From a virus: a DNA stretch of 64,000 bases. The stretch's first letter is position 1, and each line of letters starts with the position of its first letter. Positions 1 through 10,638 of this stretch are shown one piece after another. The translations under genes were made by a program, and so were the position numbers. Below the pieces are notes generated by a model. It made no database searches and was not told where the DNA came from. It worked only from the letters and a program-made list of their open reading frames with translations. Location of the stretch: the IMG/VR virus record IMGVR_UViG_3300046170_000505; one strand, written 5' to 3'.

Positions 1-1807
1 TTCAAGGCATAACTTTTGACAGCTGTACCCTGACACCACAAGCGCCACAGGTGGTTCTGATGGTGACAAAATCAGTATCGAACTTGCTGATACTTTAACC
101 AACGCAGCTGACCCAGTTATCGTAGATGTTACTGGTACAACTATTGTTATCAATATATCCGCTGGTAATACTCTCCAGTCAGCTATTGTAGCCGCTATCG
201 CTGCTTCCGTAGATGCATCCGCATTGGTTGGTGCTGTTGCTGCCAATCTTAACAACAATGTTCCCGCAAATGGTGCAGTAAGTTTACAGAATGGTGCTGA
301 CGGAACACTCGCTTCGGTACAGGTTGCTCAACTAGCAGTTGACGACAGGACGGTTGGACCTATCAAATTAGAAGCATCAAATTTTGGTGTCATTGGTAAT
401 ACAATAACACTTACTGGAGACGGAGCAGGTGATATCGATACCTTGGTTGCTGCTTACAACGCTGCTAACACTAACAATACTATTGATATAGGTAGTGTAG
501 TAGGCGGAACCATTGTGCTTGATCAAAATCAAACAATTACTTTGTCAGGCGGTAGCGAAGGAACGCCTAAAGATCACGGTTCAATTGTTAAGCAGCTTAA
601 AAGAATTCAATCTGCAAACTATGGTTTCACAATTAATCGTCAGGACATTAATCAATTTGGACACGCGTCAAGGCTTGACAGCGTAGTAGTTGAATCTCCT
701 ACAGTAAACCTTGATTTTTCTTATTACCTTCTTGATGGTTTTAACGAAAGACAGCTTGAGTTTGTAACTAATGGTTCGGTGAACACCCTTAGTGGAATGT
801 TGACTCCTGAGCTTTATCAGGCAGGAAATAACTTTTTCATTCTTACCGCTCCAGAAGCTCGTGACGCAGTAAAAGGAGATGTTAATCTTAACGAGCAAGG
901 CTTAGAGGATACTAAAAGTGTTATCTCTTTAGGTAATGGTTATATTACTGATTACTCAGTTGATATCTCTGTAGGTTCTATCCCAACCGTAAGTGTTACG
1001 GTTGAAGGCATGAATATCCGTAGTGATTTTGGAACTACTGGTAACGATGTTCCAGCAATGAATATGCGTGATGGAAGTCGGGTAAGTGATGCTTGGGGAG
1101 CAGATAATGATCGTACTACATGTCATGATACATGCACTGGGCTTTACTCTTTGCCAGCTGCTAAAAGCGGATATACTGGATGCCAAGATGATATCGCTGC
1201 TCTTCGCCCAGGCGATGTAGTGGTTGACCTTCAAGGAAAATCTTTAATCTCTAAATCTACTTCTGGAGACGGAAGCTCACCAGTTGTTGGAAGCGCTCAT
1301 ATCCAGTCTGCAAATATTTCATTGCCCTTGGCAAGAACTTCCTTGCAGCGTTTGGGTTCAGTATTTGGATTCTCCAAAGCTATTGATCTACCTCTGTCTG
1401 TAACCGTTAGTGTTAATGCACTTCTTTCGGATCTTAAAAGAGGGAATATGGTTGATCTGCTTTGTGATTGCGAAGAATTTGAAGTTTCAATTTCATTGTT
1501 CAAGCCAGACTGCAACGGTTGCATAACCAAACAAACTGACTTAGCAATGAAATACACCATGAAGGGTGCTCGTCTTGAATCCGAAAACTTCAGCAGCACT
1601 ATTGGAGACAATAAATCTGTTGACCTTACTTTCACTACTCAAATTGGAAGCTCTGATGATATGGTCAGGGGTCTTTATATTTCTGGAATGGAAGCAGGAA
1701 GCTCAGAAACCAACAAAGGAATCCCAGGATTCCCTCCTGCCTGGACGGGTATTGGTGGACAAACTACTGGCGCAGCCGATGGATACTTGTTCGGTTACCG
1801 CGAGTAA
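1..1807 (+). CDS. Major tail tube protein, 5' end outside the window; two tandem tube-fold halves plus an N-terminal decoration insert
   Basis: The reading frame is open upstream of the called TTG at 224, back to about base 20 (PDTTSATGGSDGDKISIELADT...). Two tube-like halves are visible: RIQSANYGFTINRQDINQFG...PTVNLDFSY...GNGYITDYSVDISVG and HIQSANISLPLARTSLQRLG...GARLESENFSSTIGD. The gene is followed by a strong hairpin and lies upstream of the TMP. Confidence 0.7.
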
Positions 1808-1833
1808 TTTTTTTAATTAAAATAATTTAACTA

Positions 1834-1867
1834 AAATACACCACAGTCTTCGGGCTGTGGTGTATTT
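1834..1867 (+). terminator. 15-bp stem-loop with a C-UUCG-G tetraloop after the major tail gene
   Basis: AAATACACCACAGTC-TTCG-GGCTGTGGTGTATTT pairs fully, with one G-U pair, and is followed by an AT-rich tract. Confidence 0.75.
1860..1864 (+). promoter_or_regulatory. GTGTA motif (putative phage late promoter), 9 nt before ATG 1874
   Basis: The same motif occurs at the same spacing before several other genes. Confidence 0.55.
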
Positions 1868-1873
1868 ATATAT

Positions 1874-3316
1874 ATGCCAGGAACAAGGAATGCGATAAGA
1901 TACAATTCAGTTGGGGTTTTTCTTACTGAATCTCCTGCGCATGACCCTAAAGACGAAACTATAAAGTTTCTGAATAGAGTGCAGTCTGCCGCTTTATCTT
2001 TAGATATTCAAAGGCAAAATGTACAACACATCGGTAGCGATAACTTTTTAGATAGAAAAATAGTTTCTGCAGCCTCAGTAAACTTAAACTTAGAATATTT
2101 ATTAACTGACGGATACGAAGAAGACGTTCTGGGTTTTAACCTTAATGGGTCTCCTATAATATACACCGAAGAATTTGGTGTCATAGATAGGCCAGCAAGC
2201 GACAGAAAGTATGGCAGCTTACACAATAATATTCAAGAAGACAAAACCGCTTTTTTAGTAGTAGGAGAAGAACATTTTGATTTGACTGGCTACGCTAATA
2301 GAGAAAATGGATATTCTGGATTAGACGTTATTGGAATAGGAAATTGCTTTGTTACAAACTACTCAGTTTCTGCAAGCGTTGGAGATTTCGCAAAAGCCTC
2401 TATTGATATTGTAGCTTCTGATATTACTTACGACTGCATTGGTTTTGGCGAAGAAGGGCAAGGAGAGAAATTCCAACAAATATCAGATAACATTCAAGCT
2501 GTGTTATTAGAATCTGAAGAAGAAATAGAAAATTTAGCAATCCTTGAAGACGGAGGGAAAATATTTCTTGAAGAATCAGATTCTTTTGAGATAAGAAATC
2601 TAGGGGGAGTCGACCCTCCTTCTATGGATTTAAAAAATTACGCTACACAAAGAACAGATTCAGGTTTTATATTTGATCCAAAAATATATAAAGCAGCAAC
2701 AATGGCAATACCGCCAGGAGGAATTTCTGTAAACGTTAAAAATATAAACGTAGGAGGCCCAGTTTTAAGCGACGAGAATTTATCTGAATGTTCTAAAGGT
2801 TACGCTCATATACAAAGTTTTGACATAAATATACCTTTTGAAAGAGAAAATCTTGAGGGGTTTCAATCCATGCATGTTTTTGGGAGAAAAATAAAATACC
2901 CACAAATAGGTACGATTTCATTTTCTATAATTTCTAGCGCTTTTGAAAAAGGTAAATTTTCAGAAATATTCTGCGATGATGAAATTTATCAAATAGAAAT
3001 AGATTTAAATAATCAATGCAAACTAAGTTGTTTGCCTGTTTGGGCAAAAGATACAAACATGAAATTCACTATATCTAATGCAAAATTAGATAGTTATACA
3101 TTAAATGAATCGATAGGTTCATACGCGACATTTGATTGCAGTTTTTCTTTTGATATAAGCAAGAATAGAGGAATTTTTATAGACGGAACATTTGAAAATA
3201 GCAGGCTTGAAAAATGCGGGCCAGACATGTTATCTTCGCCTAGAAACATGGAAGTTTCAAACGTTACTCCTTTGGGAGAAAAAGATACGCCAACCAATAT
3301 AGGTATAGTTGAATAA
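1874..3316 (+). CDS. Tail tube paralog (minor tail tube protein)
   Basis: Collinear similarity to the upstream protein: RVQSAALSLDIQRQNVQHIG, IGIGNCFVTNYSVSASVG, AHIQSFDINIPFERENL, NAKLDSYTLNESIG. Confidence 0.7.
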   Translation: MPGTRNAIRYNSVGVFLTESPAHDPKDETIKFLNRVQSAALSLDIQRQNVQHIGSDNFLDRKIVSAASVNLNLEYLLTDGYEEDVLGFNLNGSPIIYTEEFGVIDRPASDRKYGSLHNNIQEDKTAFLVVGEEHFDLTGYANRENGYSGLDVIGIGNCFVTNYSVSASVGDFAKASIDIVASDITYDCIGFGEEGQGEKFQQISDNIQAVLLESEEEIENLAILEDGGKIFLEESDSFEIRNLGGVDPPSMDLKNYATQRTDSGFIFDPKIYKAATMAIPPGGISVNVKNINVGGPVLSDENLSECSKGYAHIQSFDINIPFERENLEGFQSMHVFGRKIKYPQIGTISFSIISSAFEKGKFSEIFCDDEIYQIEIDLNNQCKLSCLPVWAKDTNMKFTISNAKLDSYTLNESIGSYATFDCSFSFDISKNRGIFIDGTFENSRLEKCGPDMLSSPRNMEVSNVTPLGEKDTPTNIGIVE

Positions 3317-3318
3317 AA

Positions 3319-6300
3319 ATGAGCACAAAGCTTCAAATAAAATGGAACTTGCCTGCGGATTTAAATAACATCGCGGCCAGTATTTTATATAGAGCTGAAG
3401 ACCCAAATCAAAATAAAAGCTGCCAAGACGTGATTAACACAGGTTCTGTATTGTTAAAAGACCCAACAGCACCTTTTCAAAACAATTATATAGACGAAAT
3501 AAAAGATAAAGGAATTTATAGGTACGCAGCTTTCGTCGAGTCTCATAGTGGTGAAATGTCAGAGTGCGCAACTTTTGTTTATCAATATAACGATAATGTT
3601 GATGTTACCATAATAACCGACAAAAACCAAGCTACAGTTCAAAATTTCGGGGCAGCCCAAGAAGATGGGAACGATTTAAAATATACCCAAACAGTCGTAA
3701 AAGGATCAGATTTAAACTTAAGAGATTTAATCATCCCTAATTTATCAGAAGGATATGCTATCAAAGAAGTTTACGTATTTACTGGAAATAATAATACAAA
3801 GCTAGATGGAGCACCTACCATAACAATAACAGAAGATACCGAAGTATCAGTCGTTTGTCACAAACAAAAATATACAATAACCATAAAAAGGGATGGTGAT
3901 TATTTTAGAAGTACTAAAAATGGAGAAAAAGTTTATAAAAATTTAAAAGCTGGAAATCTAAAAGGTATAAGTTCCTCTATGGAAAAAGACAAAAAAGACT
4001 GTTATGAGTTTGATAAATATACAGCAGAAGGAAATGCAGATCCTTACGGTCAAGAAAAATATGATCCAAACAAATCTAGCACAAAAATATTAGTAGATCA
4101 AAATTACGTATTAAGCGCTAGTTACAAAGAAAAAATATCAAAATTAAAACTTTCAAGCAATATTCCAGAAATAGGAGAAGTAAGCGGGGAAGGAGAATAT
4201 TCGTGCTTTGATAACATTGCTTTGGTTGCGAAACCTATCTCAGAAAAAACAAAATTTAAAGGTTGGACAATAACTCGAGGTTCTAGCAAAATAAGAGAAG
4301 GTGATCCAGAATCTGTGCCAGAAGGACTAACCTCCATAACTGTAAATTACAACGATTTAAAGATAGAAGGTAATGTAGATTTAAAAGCTACTTTTACAAA
4401 AGTTTTTCAAATTGTTTTAAAGATAATGGGGCCAAATGGTATAGAGGGATCGAGCACAAGAGGCTCCATATCTATTAGCGCTAACGATCAATCTACTTCT
4501 GGCAATACTATTACGGCTAACATAGAAAGCATTAATAACCCTTTTGACATAGCGGCAACTAAAAAAGGCTCTCATCGATTTGATGGATGGGAGTTAATAA
4601 CAGGAAATGTAACTGGAGCATCTTTAGCAAATTCATCCATTAGTATATTAAGCGATGCCGAATTGCATGCTATATTTATAAAATATTTCACCGTCTTCTT
4701 AAGAGTTTTTTCTACTGGGGTAAACGGAGCAAGTACTTTGTCTAATACCTCATTAAATGGATACGATGAAGTAAATAATCAGCTCTCTTTAAATTACGAC
4801 ACTGTCAAGCCTGCTGGAAAATATCAATTTGAAAAATGGGCTGTTGATCTATTTTCAACTCAGCCAGAATACACAAGTGAAAACTTATCGCACACTCTAG
4901 ATGATGATGCTATAGTAAAGCTATACGTGCTTGAGATTTATTCTTTAATATTAACATCAAATATTCCATCCGCTGTTAATTTAACAGGCCAAGGTGATTA
5001 CGTTTTTAGAAGCCATGAAAATATAAGTATATCAGTCACACTAAATAGTCCTACTGTTGCCCCAGCTTACAATTTCCTTAATTGGCAAAGCCCTCAAAGC
5101 CTTAGTCTTCCAAGCGCTAAATCTGGGACAGTCAGTATTGTAGAAGACACAACCATAACAGCAAATGTAGAAACTACTAAATATACATTAACGGTATCAA
5201 GCGAAGATAACTCTAAAGGAACTGTATCTAAAACTGGCGGTCCTAATTATAGTGTTTTTGATAGTATCACAATTTTAACCAGCCCCAAAGGGAATAATAT
5301 ATTCCAGAAATGGGAGGTTGCCTCATCTGATTATACTTTAAGTGTTGGGGATGATTTTAATGCAACGAGCTTTAATTTAGGAGATTATGGAAACTTGAGC
5401 TTAAAAGCTTACTTCTTGGCTGTATATGTGTTAACGGTAAAATATTATGAAGACGGAGTAGAGAATACTTCAAAGCAGGCTACTTATTCGAGAAAAGAAA
5501 ACGAGTCAAGTTCAATAACCGTAAGCCCATTAAATGTTTCAGTTGGACATGAATTTGATAGGTGGGAAGTGCAAAGTGGCAACGTTACCATAAATCAACC
5601 AGAAGTTTTTGGGGATAAAACAATAGATCTTACAGAAGACGCTGTTATAGAATTTCATGCGTTAAGAAGTAATGAATTAACATTATTGATAGACTTGCCT
5701 GGCGCAGCAAGTTTTTCACATGGAGAAGCTAATAATTTCTTTAGGAGTACAGAAGATATAGATATTGAGCTTTCATTGAACAATGCTAATGCCGCCATAC
5801 CTACTTATCAATTTTTAAATGATTATAGCACTACAAAATCAAGTCTGGTTACTGGATTAGTAAACAGTCAAAAGTCAAATACCATAAGAATTTCTGGGGA
5901 CGTTTCTATAACAGCTCATTTAGATTATGTTTTATATGACTTTTCTGCTACAGTAGATCCTATGAGAGGGAGCATTGAGGGCACATCATCCAGCGGTAAA
6001 TATAATACTCTAGAATCAATAACCTTGAAGGCTGAACCAATTGACCCTGTAAAAAATATTTTTAAAGAGTGGAGGGATTCAAATGGAAACTTGTTCTCAA
6101 CAACTCAAAATACTTCTATTAATTTAGCTGACTATGGAGATCTTGCACTAGAGGCAATATTCGACAATAAATACAGCCTTAATATTACAATAGAATATCC
6201 AGACGCAGATAATGTACTCACCACCAGCCTGTATGCTGAAGATTCTGATGTTACCGTAGACATTGAAGCTTCCATTAATACTGGCTATAGATTTTTGAAC

Positions 6301-9300
6301 ATGACCATAAATCAGGGGGCGGAACAGTCAGCGTTAACTGATTTAAATCAAAAGTTCACAATGGATAAAGACTACGAAATAGTGGTAGAGGTGCAAAAAG
6401 TTTTCGTTCTCTCTCTTTCTATAAATATTCCTGGAGCAGGTTCACTTTCTGGGGCAGGAGGGTATTTATCTGAAGAAAATATTAATATACAAACTATACC
6501 AACTATTAACGCTTCAAATATAAGTAATTTTTCTTTTTTAAATTGGAGATTAGTGATCGGGACATGGGGAGGCGGTGCAGGTGGAAACGATCACTCATCT
6601 GCTACTACAATAAGAATAACTGCAGATACAGAAATAGAAGCTATGTACGAAGAATCGCAATACGTACTAACATTGCAATCAGAAACAAACCAGGGAACCG
6701 TAGGATTTTTAAACGAATCAAAAAGCGCTAGTGTTTCTAAAACATTAAATGCCACACAAAATGCAACGATAGAACACCTAGCATCCAGTGGGTATCAGTT
6801 TTACCAATGGGAAGTGGTATCTTCTGAAGCGGGATTAACAACTGGATCGGTTTTTAGTGGGAGCTCAAATTTTAATCTATCATTGTATGGAAACTTAACA
6901 CTGATAGCTAGATTTAAGAAAGAAATAAAATTTACCAAAAATGTTTATGTTGGAGGGTCACTAAACTCATCACTGAGTATAGCCGAAACAACTCTTCTTG
7001 AAACAACAAACGAAGGAGGGACAGCTAAGATCAATGTAGAGTGGCCATCTCTTAACGGATACACTATAGATAGGGTGGAAAAATCAGGAAGTCAATCTTT
7101 TGACGAGAATAGTACAAGCGATCAAGAAATAACTATAAATAAAGATACTACTCTAAACTTTTACTTAAGACCTCTCGAGACCTATACTTTTACAATAAGA
7201 AAAATCTTAGACAGTGAATCACCCGTAACTGAGGATACTCAAAGTGTAACAGAAGGAGGCAGCCCCCTTGATGTGCCTCCAATAACAATACCTGCTGGAC
7301 AGGTTTTTGTATCATGGAGTCCATCAGTAGCAAACGCAGACTTACCCTCAGATTTTTCAACATGGCCAGAAAATGAAAGAATAACCTTAAATGAAAACTT
7401 AACCTTAACATACAATTTAAGAACCCTTGCGACCTATACTTTTACAATAAGAAAAACGCTAGATAATGCAGGGTCACAGCTTGTTAGCTCTGACGTTTTT
7501 ACAGAAGGACTCAGCACTCTTAATGTGCCTTCAATAGGAATACCTGCTGGGCAGGCTTTTGAATCATGGGAAATAACAGAGGGAGATGCAGGTGCAGATT
7601 TAGGGCCAATACAAGGCAAAGAAGATTGGCCAGTAGGAGAAACAATTACGCTGACTAAAGACGCAACCTTAACATACAATTTGAGAACTTTACAGGGTTA
7701 TGTTTTTACTATCAGGAAAATAGTAGACAACGGATCACCTACAAATGTGTCTACTCAAAATGTAATGGAAGGAACCAGCGAAATAACCATACGGTCAATT
7801 GATGTCCCTAGCGATCAAGAATTTCAAAACTGGGAAATAACGCAGGGTACCGCAAGCGCTTTATCCTCAGAACCTTCGACGGTTTGGCCTGAAGACAAAA
7901 AAATTACTTTAACAGATAATGTTACTATAGATTATTTGGTATACCAAGGACATGAACTTTCAATAACAGCGGAATACCCTACAGCGTACCCTCAAAGTTC
8001 GCCTGATTTTTCTTATAGTCATAACGTTAAAAACGATGCAAGTAATACTGGACCGTATTTTTTAGACGATTTAATATCATTAAGTGTTACCCCGCCAGAT
8101 CATCTTGACTTTGATGATTGGGGTTTAATTTTAGGAACTTTACAAGGAAATATTCCTTCTACATCATCTTCAGATATACAAATAGAAAGCGATGTAACTC
8201 TGCGGGCCAACCTTAGCTTCAAATTATATTCTTTTACTATTGTTCAGGGGGCAAACGGAAACACTTCTGGAAGCACAAACAATGGAAGCTATAATGCTTT
8301 TCAAGATATTACATTAAAAGCAAACGCAAACTCTAATTTTCAATTTTCAAAATGGGAATATGAAGTTTCTGCGGATAATTGGCAAGACTTTAATGCTTCA
8401 GCTTCTGACATTATAAGGTTAACTGAAGATGTTAAAATAAGGCCAGTATTCATAGGAATACCTTATACCTTAACAATAATTATAAATGATAACAATTCAT
8501 GGGGATCAGCAATAGGAGCTGGAACTTACGAATACAATCAATCAGTAGATATATCTGGCATCCCAAATCCAGGGTACAAGTTTTTAAGATGGAGTTTTAC
8601 TGATGGAGAAGAGCCTGGAGATTTAGACACGTCAGAGCAAAATCAAACAATACAAATAAAAGGAGACGCAACCTTAACTTTAATTCTTGAAGAAATACCT
8701 TTACCTCAAGATGGAAACGGTAATAAATTAATACCTATCCTCTCTTCTGCAGGCAATAACGGGGTAGAAATAGATAGAAATATGCTTGCAATGACTAAGG
8801 ATGGCGCAGCTGTAGTCATAGTTTCGCAATACAAACCAACGCTTGATAGATTAAAGGCGATAAGAGATGTTAATAATTTACCGTCGTCTGCAACAAAGTA
8901 TACTCCAGCTATTAGGGTTATTAATAAAGATAACGATCAAAACCAAATAGAAGCTATATTGCCGCTTTTAAACAGTACTGCTGCATCAGGAGGCTACAAC
9001 CTAGGAGCAGAAGGAGTATCAAAATTAACGTTGAACGCTTTGTCCGCAACGAACTGGGAAAAAAGATTAGAAAAAAGTAATATCGCCTCATCCCTATCTG
9101 TCTCGCCAGATGGAAGCAAAATAATGCGAGGCGGCCCAGGAGACAAAGGGATAACTACTAGCTTTATTCTGGGGGGTTATGCAAATTATTACGGGTCTAC
9201 AGAATATGGGAATTTAACCCTTGGGACGGTTACGAACATTAATAGCGATGGAGATATAGGGGCAATAGGTTCAGGAACAAATACAGCTGGGGGCGTGAAT

Positions 9301-10638
9301 ATTGACCATATCGCTAATGCTTCGACTATAGATTTTAGTTTTAGCAGGCAAAGTAGTAAAACTTTTTATGGAGCTTCTATATGTATAGCTAAGAATTATG
9401 CGGCTTATTCTGCCCCAAGCAGCATACAGCAAACTTTACCCATTCAGCACAATACAACTAGTGGATCAGGGAGTGGCGGTTTTCCAGGATATCAAAATGT
9501 TAATCCAACAAGTATATTTAGTTCGAATACTGAGCTAGTACCCAATAATGCAAATGTAATACATGTCGTACCCAATAACCATTTAAATAATACAGGTATA
9601 GATATGCCTGGGCCAAAAAGAGGACTCGTGGATGTAGATTTTGGAGTTCAGGGGCACGAAAGAGACGAAGAAGATTATATAGTTTTTGACTTGGGATCTA
9701 GAGATATCGGAGGAGAATCTAATGATGGATCGTGGTCTCAATTTGGAAGATCTGTAGACGTATCAAGGGATAGTCCTACGCTAGAAAATTCTTCAGTAAC
9801 TAACCCTATATTTATTGCAATTACATCGGTATGGAAACCGAATAATTCAAATGAAACGTATACATTTTGGACCAGAGGCTATTCAATAACAAAAATAATA
9901 GGGGTATACAAAGAAGGTTCCACTATTCACAAAATGGGAATTGGATATCATGATGGAGGCAGTAGTTCAATTAAAATTCCTGATACAACAAGGACTATGA
10001 ATAGTTACATGTCAAACTGGAGCAATAAAGAAATATATGCAGACCAGGAACCCCTTATAGACTATAGATTTTCTTTTGGAAACAATATAAATGGAGTGTA
10101 CAACACAGAAAGTGATTATGGACAAAAAGTAAGATTATCCCCAGACGGTTCAATAGCCGTAATAAGTAATTCAAGAACATCGAATCCTGATGAAGACAAC
10201 ATACTCTATGAAGATGATAAATTCGGGGAAGTAAAAGTACTATTGAGAAAACCTATAACAATCAATCATAATAGTAATACCTATGAATGGTTTGAGTATA
10301 AAAATGTACAATCAATACGGATACCTGATGGCGATAATGATCTTTCAGAATATACAAAGCGAGACTTTGCTTATGATATAGCTTTTGATGGAAATTACCT
10401 TGCTGTATCAACACCAGTCCATCAAACGGTTTATCTATATAAATGGAACAGTACTTCAGAGGAATTCGATTACTGGAATAAAATATTTATGACAGACTCT
10501 CTTCCAGGGGCTGGTTATATTAATTTATTCGGAAAAGCAATCGTTTTTGATACTAGAGAAGAAGGTGTCGCCACCAAAATAGCTATATCTGGAAACGAGG
10601 CGTTCTTTGTGTTAGACATACCAACTCAAGAAACATGA
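3319..10638 (+). CDS. Large tail fibre/adhesin with an N-terminal FN3-like domain, about 20 InlB-B/Flg_new-like beta repeats and a C-terminal beta-propeller-like region
   Basis: Repeated ~75-85 aa units of the form Y-x-L-T...G-x-V-x-G-x-G-x-Y...A-x-P...G-Y-x-F-x-x-W...L-x-A-x-F. The C-terminal region has FG-GAP-like blades (FGRSVDVSRD, YGQKVRLSPDG, FAYDIAFDGNYLAVS, FGKAIVFD). Confidence 0.7.
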   Translation: MSTKLQIKWNLPADLNNIAASILYRAEDPNQNKSCQDVINTGSVLLKDPTAPFQNNYIDEIKDKGIYRYAAFVESHSGEMSECATFVYQYNDNVDVTIITDKNQATVQNFGAAQEDGNDLKYTQTVVKGSDLNLRDLIIPNLSEGYAIKEVYVFTGNNNTKLDGAPTITITEDTEVSVVCHKQKYTITIKRDGDYFRSTKNGEKVYKNLKAGNLKGISSSMEKDKKDCYEFDKYTAEGNADPYGQEKYDPNKSSTKILVDQNYVLSASYKEKISKLKLSSNIPEIGEVSGEGEYSCFDNIALVAKPISEKTKFKGWTITRGSSKIREGDPESVPEGLTSITVNYNDLKIEGNVDLKATFTKVFQIVLKIMGPNGIEGSSTRGSISISANDQSTSGNTITANIESINNPFDIAATKKGSHRFDGWELITGNVTGASLANSSISILSDAELHAIFIKYFTVFLRVFSTGVNGASTLSNTSLNGYDEVNNQLSLNYDTVKPAGKYQFEKWAVDLFSTQPEYTSENLSHTLDDDAIVKLYVLEIYSLILTSNIPSAVNLTGQGDYVFRSHENISISVTLNSPTVAPAYNFLNWQSPQSLSLPSAKSGTVSIVEDTTITANVETTKYTLTVSSEDNSKGTVSKTGGPNYSVFDSITILTSPKGNNIFQKWEVASSDYTLSVGDDFNATSFNLGDYGNLSLKAYFLAVYVLTVKYYEDGVENTSKQATYSRKENESSSITVSPLNVSVGHEFDRWEVQSGNVTINQPEVFGDKTIDLTEDAVIEFHALRSNELTLLIDLPGAASFSHGEANNFFRSTEDIDIELSLNNANAAIPTYQFLNDYSTTKSSLVTGLVNSQKSNTIRISGDVSITAHLDYVLYDFSATVDPMRGSIEGTSSSGKYNTLESITLKAEPIDPVKNIFKEWRDSNGNLFSTTQNTSINLADYGDLALEAIFDNKYSLNITIEYPDADNVLTTSLYAEDSDVTVDIEASINTGYRFLNMTINQGAEQSALTDLNQKFTMDKDYEIVVEVQKVFVLSLSINIPGAGSLSGAGGYLSEENINIQTIPTINASNISNFSFLNWRLVIGTWGGGAGGNDHSSATTIRITADTEIEAMYEESQYVLTLQSETNQGTVGFLNESKSASVSKTLNATQNATIEHLASSGYQFYQWEVVSSEAGLTTGSVFSGSSNFNLSLYGNLTLIARFKKEIKFTKNVYVGGSLNSSLSIAETTLLETTNEGGTAKINVEWPSLNGYTIDRVEKSGSQSFDENSTSDQEITINKDTTLNFYLRPLETYTFTIRKILDSESPVTEDTQSVTEGGSPLDVPPITIPAGQVFVSWSPSVANADLPSDFSTWPENERITLNENLTLTYNLRTLATYTFTIRKTLDNAGSQLVSSDVFTEGLSTLNVPSIGIPAGQAFESWEITEGDAGADLGPIQGKEDWPVGETITLTKDATLTYNLRTLQGYVFTIRKIVDNGSPTNVSTQNVMEGTSEITIRSIDVPSDQEFQNWEITQGTASALSSEPSTVWPEDKKITLTDNVTIDYLVYQGHELSITAEYPTAYPQSSPDFSYSHNVKNDASNTGPYFLDDLISLSVTPPDHLDFDDWGLILGTLQGNIPSTSSSDIQIESDVTLRANLSFKLYSFTIVQGANGNTSGSTNNGSYNAFQDITLKANANSNFQFSKWEYEVSADNWQDFNASASDIIRLTEDVKIRPVFIGIPYTLTIIINDNNSWGSAIGAGTYEYNQSVDISGIPNPGYKFLRWSFTDGEEPGDLDTSEQNQTIQIKGDATLTLILEEIPLPQDGNGNKLIPILSSAGNNGVEIDRNMLAMTKDGAAVVIVSQYKPTLDRLKAIRDVNNLPSSATKYTPAIRVINKDNDQNQIEAILPLLNSTAASGGYNLGAEGVSKLTLNALSATNWEKRLEKSNIASSLSVSPDGSKIMRGGPGDKGITTSFILGGYANYYGSTEYGNLTLGTVTNINSDGDIGAIGSGTNTAGGVNIDHIANASTIDFSFSRQSSKTFYGASICIAKNYAAYSAPSSIQQTLPIQHNTTSGSGSGGFPGYQNVNPTSIFSSNTELVPNNANVIHVVPNNHLNNTGIDMPGPKRGLVDVDFGVQGHERDEEDYIVFDLGSRDIGGESNDGSWSQFGRSVDVSRDSPTLENSSVTNPIFIAITSVWKPNNSNETYTFWTRGYSITKIIGVYKEGSTIHKMGIGYHDGGSSSIKIPDTTRTMNSYMSNWSNKEIYADQEPLIDYRFSFGNNINGVYNTESDYGQKVRLSPDGSIAVISNSRTSNPDEDNILYEDDKFGEVKVLLRKPITINHNSNTYEWFEYKNVQSIRIPDGDNDLSEYTKRDFAYDIAFDGNYLAVSTPVHQTVYLYKWNSTSEEFDYWNKIFMTDSLPGAGYINLFGKAIVFDTREEGVATKIAISGNEAFFVLDIPTQET
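7165..7940 (+). repeat. Three recently duplicated ~80-aa Ig-like units in the fibre gene
   Basis: The protein repeats LRPLETYTFTIRKILD / LRTLATYTFTIRKTLD / LRTLQGYVFTIRKIVD. At DNA level, GACCTATACTTTTACAATAAGAAAAA occurs near 7180 and 7431, and AACCTTAACATACAATTT near 7401 and 7664. Confidence 0.8.
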
